In this document: one piece after another, positions 18,631-28,112 of the stretch
Layout of the letters: every line of letters starts with the position of its first letter
How positions within the stretch are numbered: the stretch's first letter is position 1
The notes under the pieces: model-generated
Database searches by the model: none
The model's input: only the letters and a program-made list of their open reading frames with translations
Told to the model about the DNA's origin: nothing
Program-made: the position numbers and the translations under genes
From: an uncultured Eubacteriales bacterium
Lineage (GTDB): Bacteria; Bacillota; Clostridia; Oscillospirales; CAG-272
DNA: 64,000 nucleotides
NCBI GenBank assembly: GCA_905187695.1
Contig: CAJJIY010000003.1
Coordinates: 4,812 to 68,811 of the forward strand
Direction: 5' to 3'

Positions 18631-20094
18631 ATGAAATATGTGCTTGGCATAGATTTCGGCGGCGGCGCCAGCAAGGCCACGCTTCTGGACGAAACGGGAA
18701 GCGTCGCGGCCACCTCCACAAAGGAATACCCCACCGTCTGCGTGGGGAGCGACGGCAGGGAACAAGACCCCGGCGATTGGCTTTCCGCCACCGTTTTTAA
18801 TATTGAAAACGTTCTGAAAACATCCGGTGTTTCCGGACTTGATGTGGAGGCGGTTTCCTTTGACGCCGCCACGCACACAGCGGTTCTTATGGACGAAAAT
18901 TTCAGAGTGCTCCGGCGTTCCATTTACTGGACAGATACGCGCTGCGTCCGGGAAAAAGAGTTTCTGAAAAATCGTTACGGTTCGGACATTTTTGAAAAAT
19001 TCAAACACGAAATTGATACCGTCTGGACACTTCCGGAACTGTTGTGGGTGAAAAACAACGAACCGGAAATCTGGCAAAAGGTAAAAAAGATCACCTTTGC
19101 CAAGGATTTTGTAAGGCACTATTTTACCGGAGATCATGTAACCGATTATATTGAAGCGCAGGGCAGTCTGTTTTTTGATTTTGACCGGCACGAATGGTCC
19201 GCGGAATATCTGGAACTTTTGGGGATAGAAAAATCCTATCTGCCCCGGGTTGTTTCCCCTGATACGGTGGTGTCGGCCATTCTGCCCGATGTGGCGGCCC
19301 GGCTTGGCTTGAATCCCGAAACAAAGATCGTCTGCGGATCCACCGACACGGCCCTGGAGGTGTTTGCCGCCGGCGCTGTAAAAAAGGGACAAACCACCAT
19401 TAAATTGGCGACCGCAGGGCGCATTTGCGTGGTTTCGGATCACCTCACGCCAGACCCTAATATGATTAACTATTCCCACCTGGTCAAAGGACTGTATTAT
19501 CCCGGAACAGCCACAAAATCCTGCGCCGCCTCGCTTCGATGGTTCCGTGATACCTTCGGCGGGGAATATCGCGCGCTGGACGAAGCGGCCGAAAAGATTG
19601 CGGTCGGCGCGGATGGTCTGCTTTTTCATCCCTATTTGAGCGGGGAGTTGACTCCTTGTGCCGATCCGCTTTTGAGGGGCAGTTTTCTCGGAATCAGCGG
19701 CGCGCACACCAAAGCGCATTTTGTCCGGGCCGTGCTGGAAGGCGTGGCGCTTTCCATGCGGGACTGCAAAGAATATCTGGAAAACAAAGGCGTGACCCTT
19801 CACTCGGCCTTTTTGCTTGGCGGCGGCGCGAAAAGCCGGCTGTGGGCACAGATCCTTTCGGATTGTCTGGGGATTGAACTGATTCTCACGGAGCAAAACG
19901 ACAGTTCTTTCGGTTCCGCCATGCTGGCCGGCATTGCCGCAGGATTTTTCAGGGACGAACAGGATGCGCTTTCCAGATGCTCGCATATCACGGGGCGTAT
20001 CACTCCGCGCAGGGAAAACCGGGAGGCCTATGACCGGCTGTTTGAAAAATATAAACGCATTCAAAAAATGCTGACGACGGTGTATCATGCGTAA
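18631..20094 (+). CDS. FGGY-family carbohydrate kinase (xylulokinase-like)
   Basis: 487 aa. N-terminus YVLGIDFGGGASKATLLD. C-terminal FGGY motif LLGGGAKSRLWAQILSD. Confidence 0.85.
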   Translation: MKYVLGIDFGGGASKATLLDETGSVAATSTKEYPTVCVGSDGREQDPGDWLSATVFNIENVLKTSGVSGLDVEAVSFDAATHTAVLMDENFRVLRRSIYWTDTRCVREKEFLKNRYGSDIFEKFKHEIDTVWTLPELLWVKNNEPEIWQKVKKITFAKDFVRHYFTGDHVTDYIEAQGSLFFDFDRHEWSAEYLELLGIEKSYLPRVVSPDTVVSAILPDVAARLGLNPETKIVCGSTDTALEVFAAGAVKKGQTTIKLATAGRICVVSDHLTPDPNMINYSHLVKGLYYPGTATKSCAASLRWFRDTFGGEYRALDEAAEKIAVGADGLLFHPYLSGELTPCADPLLRGSFLGISGAHTKAHFVRAVLEGVALSMRDCKEYLENKGVTLHSAFLLGGGAKSRLWAQILSDCLGIELILTEQNDSSFGSAMLAGIAAGFFRDEQDALSRCSHITGRITPRRENREAYDRLFEKYKRIQKMLTTVYHA

Positions 20095-21463
20095 GGCGGC
20101 CGTCCTTTTCAAGTTTTATGGGGGAGAGATCAGTCCGTTTGATGAAAGCGCGCTGGAATGTGCGCTTTTGGCAGGATTGGAAACAACGGTTTTTGCATTG
20201 GCTCCCGAAAGCGCGCTGGAAAAGTTAAGATATTACACAAGACTGGGTGTGCATGCCGTGTTGGTGAGCGATCCGGCTTTCGCCGGCTCGGATACACTGG
20301 TGACGGCCCGGGTTCTTGCAAGAGCGCTGAGAGAGGACGAATTTGACCTTGTTTTGTGTGGGCGGCAGAGTCTGAACGGGGACACTGCGCAGGTCCCTGC
20401 GGAGGTGGCGGCGCTGCTGGGGTATGATTTTATCCCGTATGTCACCGGATTTTCCGTGACCAACCCGGTTACACGCCTGGGTGGGAGAACCGTCCGGGGC
20501 AAAACCGTGATGAGTCTGGAACGCATCAAAGTCCTGCGCCCGGCCAGTCTTTTTTCACGTGCGGAAGAGGTGCGCGTTCTCTCCTGCGCCCGGCTTGGTT
20601 TTTCGCCGGAGGAGGTGGGGAGCGCGGGGTCTCCCACCAGGGTGATAAAAACTTACGAACGCAAAAAACCCCGCAAACGGTGTGTGTTTATTCCCCCCGA
20701 ACAGCTTTTGCGCGTTCTTCGGGAATCCCTGGAACGGCAGGAAACGCCAACAGCGAAGCGTGTGACTGATGCACAAAAATGTCAGTTGGCGCACTATGTC
20801 GGTCAAAGCGTTCGGCCACAGGCCGAGAATATTGCAAAGCGGGTGCTTGAAATTGACACAGGCACCAATCTGAGTATCAAGGAAAAAGCTGCGCGGGTGA
20901 TCGCCTATTGCCGGGAAAATCCGGTTTCCGTTTTGCTGATGCCGGCCACGCCGGAATACCGGGCCGTTGCGCCTTTGGCAGCCGCCGGACTCGGTATCGG
21001 GCTATGTGCCGACTGCACGGCGCTCCGTATAGAGAACGACAGACTGGTGATGACGCGTCCGGCGCTTTCGGGCAGTACCTATGCGGAAATCGTCAGTCGC
21101 AGCGCCATTCAGGCCGCCACTGTGCGGACGCGCAGTCAAAGCGGCGAACTGGTGTTCGGGATCGGATACGGCGCAAAAGATTTTATAAAAGAAATTACCG
21201 ATTTCGCCGCAGTCTGCGGCGCGGAAGTGGTGGCTTCCCGGAAAATGGTGGACGCCGGGCGGATGCCTTATGAAAATCAGGTGGGTCTCACGGGGCGGAA
21301 CATTGCGCCGAAAGTTTACGTGGCCTTCGGTGTCAGCGGCGCCGTCCAGCACATGGTGGGTGTTGAAAACGCGCAAACAATCATTGCCGTGAATTCGGAC
21401 AAGGACGCGCCGATATTCGGTTTTTCGGATTACGGAGTATTGCTGAAAGGACGAACTGTCTGA
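20087..21463 (+). CDS. Fused electron-transfer flavoprotein (EtfB-like N-terminal half, EtfA-like C-terminal half)
   Basis: 458 aa. The N-terminal half has INP-like and DLVLCGRQSLNGDTAQVPAEVAALLGY segments typical of EtfB. The C-terminal half ends with the EtfA FAD-domain motif YVAFGVSGAVQHMVGVENAQTIIAVNSDKDAPIF. Confidence 0.7.
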   Translation: MRKAAVLFKFYGGEISPFDESALECALLAGLETTVFALAPESALEKLRYYTRLGVHAVLVSDPAFAGSDTLVTARVLARALREDEFDLVLCGRQSLNGDTAQVPAEVAALLGYDFIPYVTGFSVTNPVTRLGGRTVRGKTVMSLERIKVLRPASLFSRAEEVRVLSCARLGFSPEEVGSAGSPTRVIKTYERKKPRKRCVFIPPEQLLRVLRESLERQETPTAKRVTDAQKCQLAHYVGQSVRPQAENIAKRVLEIDTGTNLSIKEKAARVIAYCRENPVSVLLMPATPEYRAVAPLAAAGLGIGLCADCTALRIENDRLVMTRPALSGSTYAEIVSRSAIQAATVRTRSQSGELVFGIGYGAKDFIKEITDFAAVCGAEVVASRKMVDAGRMPYENQVGLTGRNIAPKVYVAFGVSGAVQHMVGVENAQTIIAVNSDKDAPIFGFSDYGVLLKGRTV

Positions 21464-21477
21464 TGAAAGGAGAAAAT

Positions 21478-22311
21478 ATGCTGATTTCTTTTGAAAAGAT
21501 TCTGAAGATGGCCGAGGAGGGCGGCTACTGCGTGCCGGCCTTCAATGTCTATAACATCGAGACCGCCCGCGGCGCATTGAATGCGGCCATGGCGCGGCGT
21601 TCCCCGGTGATTTTACAGTTTTATTCGCGCCTGGTTACCAGCGGTGTGGCCGAGGATGTTGCGCCTGCGGTGCGGGATATGGCTCAAAGGGCCGATGTGC
21701 CGGTTTGCTTTCATCTGGATCACGGTGCGGGGGAAAAAGAGGTTGTCCGTTCTTTGCGCCTGGGAATGACGGGCATTATGTTTGACGCTTCCACAAGACC
21801 GTTGGAAGAAAACATCCGGGAGACCCGGCGCGTGGTGGAGCTGTGTTCTTTTGCCGGCGTGGGCGTTGAGGGGGAATTGGGCCATGTCGGAAAAGCCGCC
21901 GACGGCGATGAGACCACCGCGGAATATACCCATCCGGATGAGGCTGCGCGGTATGTGAAGGAAACCGGCGTGGTAGCGCTGGCCGTGATGGTCGGAACGG
22001 CACATGGCCGGTACAAAAAGGCCCCGGTGCTGGACATCGGGCGGATTCGGGAAATCAAAAATCGGACGGGTGTGGCGTTGGTCCTGCACGGTGGCAGCGG
22101 TGTTCCGGATGATCAGATCCGGGCGGCCATTTCCGCCGGCATCCGGAAAATGAATTTTTCCACCGATCTGTGCTATGCGTTTCTGGACGGATGCCGTGAA
22201 CGCGACCCGGGGATTATTGGGATTGATCTGTTTATGACCGAGCCGATTGAACGCGTCAGGGCGTTTTGTGAAAGCAAAATCTGTGTGCTGGGTGCGGAGA
22301 ACCGGGTATGA
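21478..22311 (+). CDS. Class II fructose/tagatose-bisphosphate aldolase family protein (IolJ/KbaY-like)
   Basis: Start chosen at ATG 21478, after an AAAGGAG RBS. Motifs VPAFNVYNIE, HLDHG and LVLHGGSG. Confidence 0.85.
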   Translation: MLISFEKILKMAEEGGYCVPAFNVYNIETARGALNAAMARRSPVILQFYSRLVTSGVAEDVAPAVRDMAQRADVPVCFHLDHGAGEKEVVRSLRLGMTGIMFDASTRPLEENIRETRRVVELCSFAGVGVEGELGHVGKAADGDETTAEYTHPDEAARYVKETGVVALAVMVGTAHGRYKKAPVLDIGRIREIKNRTGVALVLHGGSGVPDDQIRAAISAGIRKMNFSTDLCYAFLDGCRERDPGIIGIDLFMTEPIERVRAFCESKICVLGAENRV

Positions 22312-23213
22312 AGGCAATCGTAGCGGGACTGGGTGCGTGTGTATATGACACGCTGATCAGGTGTGCCGCCTATCCCGAAGAGGACAAGAAGGTAAGGGCG
22401 GACGGGGTTTTCCGCTCGGGCGGCGGACCGGTGGGGAATGCACTGGTCGTTATGAGTAAATTGGGCCTTCCCGTGAAGGTACTGGGCGCTTTTGCCAAGG
22501 ATGAGGCGGCGGATTTCCTGCTTTCCGATTTTCAAAAATACGGCGTTGCCACCGATGAAGTGAAGAGATTGGACGGGACGCGTTCTTTCACTTCTTATAT
22601 CCTGCTTTCCGAGCGCGGCAAAACACGCACCTGCGTGTTTGATCAGGGAACCGTGCCGGATGAGGAATCTTCCGTCCGTCTGTCCGCTTTGCAGGGCATC
22701 AGGGTGCTTCACCTGGACGGAAATTATCTTCATGCCGCGCTCAGGTGCGCGAAGTATTGCCGGGAAAACGGCGTAAAAGTCAGTCTGGATGCGGGAGGGC
22801 TGTATCCGGATATTGAAAAACTGCTCCCGTTTGTGGATATTCTCATCCCGTCCCGGGACTTTGCCTGTCAGTTTACGGGGAAAGAGGAAATCGGAGAGGC
22901 GATGCTTGCGCTGGATCGGGCCTATCACCCCGAGGTACTGGCTGTGACCGACGGAGAAAACGGCGGTTATTATCTGGAGAACGGAAGAGCTGAAAAATTC
23001 AATGGTATCAAGGTGGAGGCCGTTGACACAAACGGCGCCGGCGATACTTTCCACGGGGCCTTCCTCGTGGCCTATCTTGCCGGAAAAAATGTACGGGAGT
23101 GCGCGGCATACGCAGCGGCGGTGGCGGCCTATAAATGTATGCACTTCGGCGCGCGCGACTATGAACTGAGTCAGGAGCGGATCCGGACCTTTTTGCCGGA
23201 AAGGAAAAAATAA
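22308..23213 (+). CDS. PfkB-family sugar kinase (IolC/ribokinase-like)
   Basis: 301 aa. The motif DTNGAGDTFHGAF is the PfkB signature 2. Confidence 0.85.
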   Translation: MKAIVAGLGACVYDTLIRCAAYPEEDKKVRADGVFRSGGGPVGNALVVMSKLGLPVKVLGAFAKDEAADFLLSDFQKYGVATDEVKRLDGTRSFTSYILLSERGKTRTCVFDQGTVPDEESSVRLSALQGIRVLHLDGNYLHAALRCAKYCRENGVKVSLDAGGLYPDIEKLLPFVDILIPSRDFACQFTGKEEIGEAMLALDRAYHPEVLAVTDGENGGYYLENGRAEKFNGIKVEAVDTNGAGDTFHGAFLVAYLAGKNVRECAAYAAAVAAYKCMHFGARDYELSQERIRTFLPERKK

Positions 23214-23269
23214 ACGGCGGGAGAACTGCCGTCATTTTAAAAATCAAAACGCTAACGGAGGATGAAAAA

Positions 23270-24121
23270 ATGGAGAACATTTACACGATGCCTATCGAAG
23301 AATTGGTGAAGAACAGTAAAATCAAGCTGGACATTTGCGATGTCGAGGTGGATATGTACTGGAAAGTCGCCATGGAGGTGCTGCGGATCATTGAGGAAAA
23401 CAACAAAAAGGGCAAAACCACTTTTATGATTGTTCCTTACGGACCGCTCGGCCCCTATGCAAGGATCGTCTATTTGGTAAACAAACACGGCATTTCGCTC
23501 AAAAACTGCGTGTTCTGCAACATGGACGAGTATCTGACCGATGACAAAAAATACATTGCCAAGAACGACCCGCTCTCCTTCCGCGGCGGCATGGAGCGCA
23601 TTTTCTACTCGCAGGTCCGGGAAGAACTGAATGTCCTGCCGGAAAACCGGTATTTCCCCGATCCCGAAGATCCGGATGCGGTGTTGCGCCTGATCGATCA
23701 ATACGGCACGCCGGATCTGGTCTTCGGCGGTGTGGGTATTAACGGTCATTATGCTTTCAACGAGCCGCCTTACGGGGACGAAAAATGTACGAACGAAGAA
23801 TTTCTGAACCGTCAGACCCGCGTGTTGGAAGTTTCCCGCGAAACCCGCACCATCAACGGGTTTATGAATGCGGGCGGGAATTTCAACGCCATCCCGAAAT
23901 ATTGCATTACCGTGGGTATGAAAGAAATGTTCTGCGCGAAAAAGATCATCATGTGTATGCCGCGGGATTGGAATGCGGGTGCGCTCCGTCCGGTGCTTTC
24001 CGGTGTGGTGGATTGCCATGTGCCCTGTTCGCTGTTCCAGCTGCATCCCGATGCCACGCTGTTTGCCACACGGGAAGCGCTGGTCGCGCCGGTGCCGAAG
24101 ATCCGGGTCTACAATAAATAA
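23270..24121 (+). CDS. Glucosamine-6-phosphate deaminase/isomerase-like protein (NagB superfamily)
   Basis: 283 aa. MDEYL and GVGINGHYAFNEP motifs resemble NagB. The N-terminal region is atypical. Confidence 0.65.
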   Translation: MENIYTMPIEELVKNSKIKLDICDVEVDMYWKVAMEVLRIIEENNKKGKTTFMIVPYGPLGPYARIVYLVNKHGISLKNCVFCNMDEYLTDDKKYIAKNDPLSFRGGMERIFYSQVREELNVLPENRYFPDPEDPDAVLRLIDQYGTPDLVFGGVGINGHYAFNEPPYGDEKCTNEEFLNRQTRVLEVSRETRTINGFMNAGGNFNAIPKYCITVGMKEMFCAKKIIMCMPRDWNAGALRPVLSGVVDCHVPCSLFQLHPDATLFATREALVAPVPKIRVYNK

Positions 24122-24130
24122 TAAGCGCGG

Positions 24131-25312
24131 ATGATCACGATTTTTAAGGGTGCCGCCGTTGTCCTGGAAAATGGTACCGAGAAATGTGATGTGGCGGTTC
24201 GGAACGGCAGGATCTGTGACATATCAAAGGATATGGAGACCCGTGGCGCCAAAGTGATAGATTGTGAGGGGAAATATCTCTTTGCAGGGTTTATCGATCT
24301 TCATGTGGACGGCGGAGGCGGGGCGGATTTTATGGACGGCACGCAAAAAGCCATGGAAACGGCTGTCCGCGCGCACCTGATACACGGTACGACCACCCTT
24401 TATCCCACCACCATGTCAAGCGAATTTGAAAACATCCGGCACACGGTCGGCACCTATCGCGCGTTCCGGGAAAGCGGTCGTTCCCCGGCAACGCTTGGCG
24501 GGCTTCATCTGGAGGGGCCGTTTATCAGTCCCGCGATGTGCGGTGCACAGCGAAGGGATCTGGTCTATGCGCCCGGCGCGGAACACCTTTCTTTTCTTCG
24601 GGAAAATGCGGATGTCATTGCACGGATTTCCTGCGCGCCGGAGGTGCCCGGGGTGCTCGAAATGGCCAAGGCTCTTCTGCCACTGGGTATTCGCTTTTCC
24701 ATGGGGCACACCAACGCCACCTATGAACAGGCACAGGAGGCTTTTGAGGCCGGCTTTGGTTCGGTGACGCATCTTTACAGTGCGACTTCCGGGTTTCACA
24801 AAGTCAACCAGCGCGTACACATCGGCGTGACGCAGGCGGCTTATGGATTGGAGGACCTTTATGCCGAACTTATCGGCGACGGGCGTCATGTACCCAAGGA
24901 GCTTCTGCGGCTGGTGGTCCGCTTCAAAGGGATCGGGCGGGTGTGCCTGGTAACGGACGCCATGCGGGCTGCCGGAACGGATCTGCATGAAAGCTATCTT
25001 GGCGCCGTCTGCCCCGAAAACCGGGTCATCATCGAGGACGGAGTGGCCAAACTGCCCGACCGCTCCTCCTTTGCGGGAAGCATCGGAACGATGGATCGGG
25101 CGCTGAAATTTGCCATTTGCGAGGGCGGGTTGCGGCCCTTTGAAGCTTCACGCCTGGCCAGTCTCACCCCTGCGACCCTGATGGGGATCGACAATCGGAA
25201 AGGAAGTATCCGCATCGGAAAAGATGCCGACTTTGTTCTGACAGACGAACACTTTGACCTGTGCGGCGTTTTTGTCGGGGGCGAAGACGCGTTTGAAGGA
25301 GCGGCCCGTTAA
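24131..25312 (+). CDS. nagA: N-acetylglucosamine-6-phosphate deacetylase
   Basis: 393 aa. Metal-binding motif GFIDLHVDGGGGADFMD plus HLEGPF and THLY motifs. Confidence 0.85.
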   Translation: MITIFKGAAVVLENGTEKCDVAVRNGRICDISKDMETRGAKVIDCEGKYLFAGFIDLHVDGGGGADFMDGTQKAMETAVRAHLIHGTTTLYPTTMSSEFENIRHTVGTYRAFRESGRSPATLGGLHLEGPFISPAMCGAQRRDLVYAPGAEHLSFLRENADVIARISCAPEVPGVLEMAKALLPLGIRFSMGHTNATYEQAQEAFEAGFGSVTHLYSATSGFHKVNQRVHIGVTQAAYGLEDLYAELIGDGRHVPKELLRLVVRFKGIGRVCLVTDAMRAAGTDLHESYLGAVCPENRVIIEDGVAKLPDRSSFAGSIGTMDRALKFAICEGGLRPFEASRLASLTPATLMGIDNRKGSIRIGKDADFVLTDEHFDLCGVFVGGEDAFEGAAR

Positions 25313-25321
25313 AATCAAAAA

Positions 25322-25347
25322 ATCCGGCGACTTTCAAGTCGCCGGAT
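25322..25347. terminator. Bidirectional rho-independent terminator
   Basis: 10-bp stem atccggcgac/gtcgccggat. A-run upstream and T-run downstream, between convergent genes. Confidence 0.7.
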
Positions 25348-25372
25348 TTTTTGTCTGTCGGAAAAACCGGTC

Positions 25373-25978
25373 TTAAAGATTTTTTAATTTTTCGCGGTAT
25401 CCTTCCCGGGTGGTCAGAATGTTGAGCGCCGAAAGCAGTGCGTTGGGGGTCATGCCGGGCGGCAGGGAAAAGGCGGCCGCCAGTGCATCCCGACGAAGAG
25501 CCGCATTCTTTTGCCCGGTCAGCCCATCTTCAAAAAAATCGGCTTTGGTAATGGGTGTGCAAGCGTTGTTTTTTGCTTTTTGATTCTGATTGTCCGGTGC
25601 GCAAAGGGAAAAAGGCGCAAGCAGACGCCAAAGCGTTTCGCGTTCCTGCCCTTCCACACCCAGCAGGCCGGCGGCAGAGGGAGCGCTTTTGCGTTTTTCT
25701 TTGCCCGGCAGAGCGGGGACATAAAGCGGAATCACCCGGTCCTTGGGCAGGATCCCGGACAGATGTGCGCGAATCAGTGTGCCGGCGCCGTCCGGATCGG
25801 TCAGGACGATGATTTTTGTCCGGGCGGCCAGCGCCCGGAAGAGTGTGGCTTTTTCGTTTTTTTTGAAAAGGCCGAAGCCGTCGGTGGTGAGAACGGTGCC
25901 GTCCATCACCGACAGAAGCCGCAGTCGGTCGTATTTTCCCTCCACAATGACGGGGTAGGGGATTTTGAGTTTATCCAT
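25373..25978 (-). CDS. Toprim domain protein (RNase M5-like / DUF4093-like)
   Basis: 201 aa. IVEGKYDRLRL and IIVLTDPDGAGTLIR resemble Toprim E and DxD motifs. Confidence 0.6.
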   Translation of the reverse strand: MDKLKIPYPVIVEGKYDRLRLLSVMDGTVLTTDGFGLFKKNEKATLFRALAARTKIIVLTDPDGAGTLIRAHLSGILPKDRVIPLYVPALPGKEKRKSAPSAAGLLGVEGQERETLWRLLAPFSLCAPDNQNQKAKNNACTPITKADFFEDGLTGQKNAALRRDALAAAFSLPPGMTPNALLSALNILTTREGYREKLKNL

Positions 25979-26011
25979 ACAGTATCCTGCCTTTTTAACT
26001 TCAAATCAGGT

Positions 26012-26821
26012 TTAAATCAGGAAAATCAACACGGCCACACCCAACAAGATCCGATAGATGCCGAAAGGGAGAAAGGAGTGCCGGCGCACAAAGGAGAGCA
26101 GAAAGCGGATGACCGCGAGCGAGGACAGGAAGGCCACGGCAGAGCCGACCAGGAGCAGCAGGCCTTCCTCGCCGGAAAGGCGGCCGCCTTTCATGAAAAA
26201 CGCAAGGGATTTATAGGCTCCCGCTCCCGCCATAGTCGGAATGGCCAGAAAAAAGGAAAACGAGGTGGCCGCCGGGCGGGAAAGCCCCAACCGTGTGCCG
26301 CCGAACAGCGTGGCACCCGAACGGGAAGTGCCCGGAATCAGGGCCAGCGCCTGGAAAAAGCCGATGCCAAGAGCGCGCCCGGCCGAAAGATCCCGAAGAT
26401 CCTCAATGGCCGGAGCGCGGCGGACGGGCAGCAGAAACAGCACTCCGTAAAATAGAAGCGAAACTGCCACCGTCTGGGGGTTAAAAAGATATTTTTCCAA
26501 AAATCCGTCCAACAACGCCCCCAGTATGGCCGCCGGAAGGAAGGCCAGAAGAATGAGTCCCCACAACCGGAAAACGCCGGCTCTTTCCGGCTGACTTTTT
26601 TCTTTTCCAAACGGGAAAAGCGTTCCCCGGAAAGTGACAAGCACGGCAAGGATCGCACCCAGTTGGATGACGACCTCAAACAGCGAAAAAAAGGAGGCGT
26701 CAAAGGGGGATCCGAGAAAACGGTCAAGGAGAATGAGATGTCCGGTGGAGGAAATGGGCAACCATTCGGTCAACCCTTCCAGAAGGCCGAAAAAGACGGC
26801 AAGCAATAAGCGGTAGGCCAA
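26012..26821 (-). CDS. uppP: Undecaprenyl-diphosphate phosphatase
   Basis: 269 aa polytopic membrane protein with the BacA signature EGLTEWLPISSTGHLIL. Confidence 0.9.
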   Translation of the reverse strand: MAYRLLLAVFFGLLEGLTEWLPISSTGHLILLDRFLGSPFDASFFSLFEVVIQLGAILAVLVTFRGTLFPFGKEKSQPERAGVFRLWGLILLAFLPAAILGALLDGFLEKYLFNPQTVAVSLLFYGVLFLLPVRRAPAIEDLRDLSAGRALGIGFFQALALIPGTSRSGATLFGGTRLGLSRPAATSFSFFLAIPTMAGAGAYKSLAFFMKGGRLSGEEGLLLLVGSAVAFLSSLAVIRFLLSFVRRHSFLPFGIYRILLGVAVLIFLI

Positions 26822-26852
26822 AATGCCCCTCCTTTTGGGGCAAGCGCCCCCG

Positions 26853-28112
26853 TTACTTTTTCAACTTCCCGCCTTCACGGTGGATCGTGTCGGCATAGGC
26901 CTTGGCGGCCTGTTCGGTTTTGCTGTCACCGAAAGTGAAATAGTGACGGTCGCGAAGATCATCCGGGAGATATTGCTGCGGCACGTAGTGCGCACTGTAA
27001 TCGTGCGGGTAGCGGTATCCGCGGTAAAGCGGCGCGCGCAGATGTTCCGGTACGGTCACGCCGAGACCTTTGGCAAGATCGGCCTCGGCGGCGGACAGCG
27101 CCAGATAGGCGGCGTTGGATTTCGGCGCGGTCGCCAACAAAAGCGCGGCATGGATCAGGGGGATCTTGGCTTCCGGAAAGCCGAGCGCAAGCGCAGACTG
27201 ACAGCAGGCATATACAATGGCGGCGGCCTGCGGATAGGCCAAACCGATATCCTCGCTGGCGATAACCTGAAGACGGCGGCAAAGCGAAATGAGTTCTCCC
27301 GCCGCCACCAGCCGCGCAACATAAAAAGCGGTAGCGTCCGGGTCGGATCCCCGTATGGATTTTTGCAGGCAGGATAGCAGATCAAAGTGAGTGTCGGCCG
27401 AAAAATCACCCACGCCGGTTCGGAAAGTGTCCACTTCCTCGCGCCCGATTTCGCCTTCTCCTTTTTGGCCGTTCTTTCCTTCCGAGGCGAAGAAGGCATT
27501 TTCCAGCAATCCGATGGCCCGGCGGACATCCCCGCCCGCAAGCGATCCGATGTAGGTGAGCATTTCTTCGGTGGCGGTGACATGATCGCCGTTTTCCCGG
27601 TTGAGATAATCCAGCGCCCGCCGGAGCGCCGGCACACATTCCGCGGCGCTGACTTTCCGGAATTCAAAAAGCGAAGAGCGCGAAATGATGGCGTTATAGA
27701 CATAAAAATGGGGGTTTTCGGTGGTGGAGGCAATGAGCGTAATGCGCCCGTCTTCCATATATTCCAGGAGGCTTTGCTGTTGTTTGCGGTTGAAATACTG
27801 AATTTCATCCAGATAAAGCAGAATACCGCCCGCACCAAACACATTGGCCGTTTCCGAAAGAATCTCTTTGACCTGCGCGAGACTGGCCGAGGTGCAGTTG
27901 AGACGCCGGAAAGTCATGCCCGATTGCTTTGCGATGATGGAGGCGGCCGTGGTTTTCCCCGTGCCGGGCGGGCCGAAGAAAATCATGTTGGTTACGCGGC
28001 CGTTTTCGATCATACGGCGTACCACGCCGCGCGGACCGAAAAGATGGGACTGACCCACGATCTCGTCAAAGGTGGTGGGGCGGAGCAGATCCGCCAGTTG
28101 TTCGTTTTTCAT
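26853..28112 (-). CDS. rarA: Replication-associated recombination protein A (AAA+ ATPase RarA/MgsA)
   Basis: 419 aa. Walker A FFGPPGTGKTT, Walker B LYLDEIQ, and a MgsA C-terminal domain. Confidence 0.9.
   Translation of the reverse strand: MKNEQLADLLRPTTFDEIVGQSHLFGPRGVVRRMIENGRVTNMIFFGPPGTGKTTAASIIAKQSGMTFRRLNCTSASLAQVKEILSETANVFGAGGILLYLDEIQYFNRKQQQSLLEYMEDGRITLIASTTENPHFYVYNAIISRSSLFEFRKVSAAECVPALRRALDYLNRENGDHVTATEEMLTYIGSLAGGDVRRAIGLLENAFFASEGKNGQKGEGEIGREEVDTFRTGVGDFSADTHFDLLSCLQKSIRGSDPDATAFYVARLVAAGELISLCRRLQVIASEDIGLAYPQAAAIVYACCQSALALGFPEAKIPLIHAALLLATAPKSNAAYLALSAAEADLAKGLGVTVPEHLRAPLYRGYRYPHDYSAHYVPQQYLPDDLRDRHYFTFGDSKTEQAAKAYADTIHREGGKLKK

Noticed and set aside
17572-20112. 846-aa minus-strand ORF
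   Set aside because: This is a shadow ORF antisense to well-supported iolB and FGGY kinase genes. Its composition is Arg/Gly/Pro-rich, as is typical of antisense frames in high-G+C DNA, and it has no motifs.
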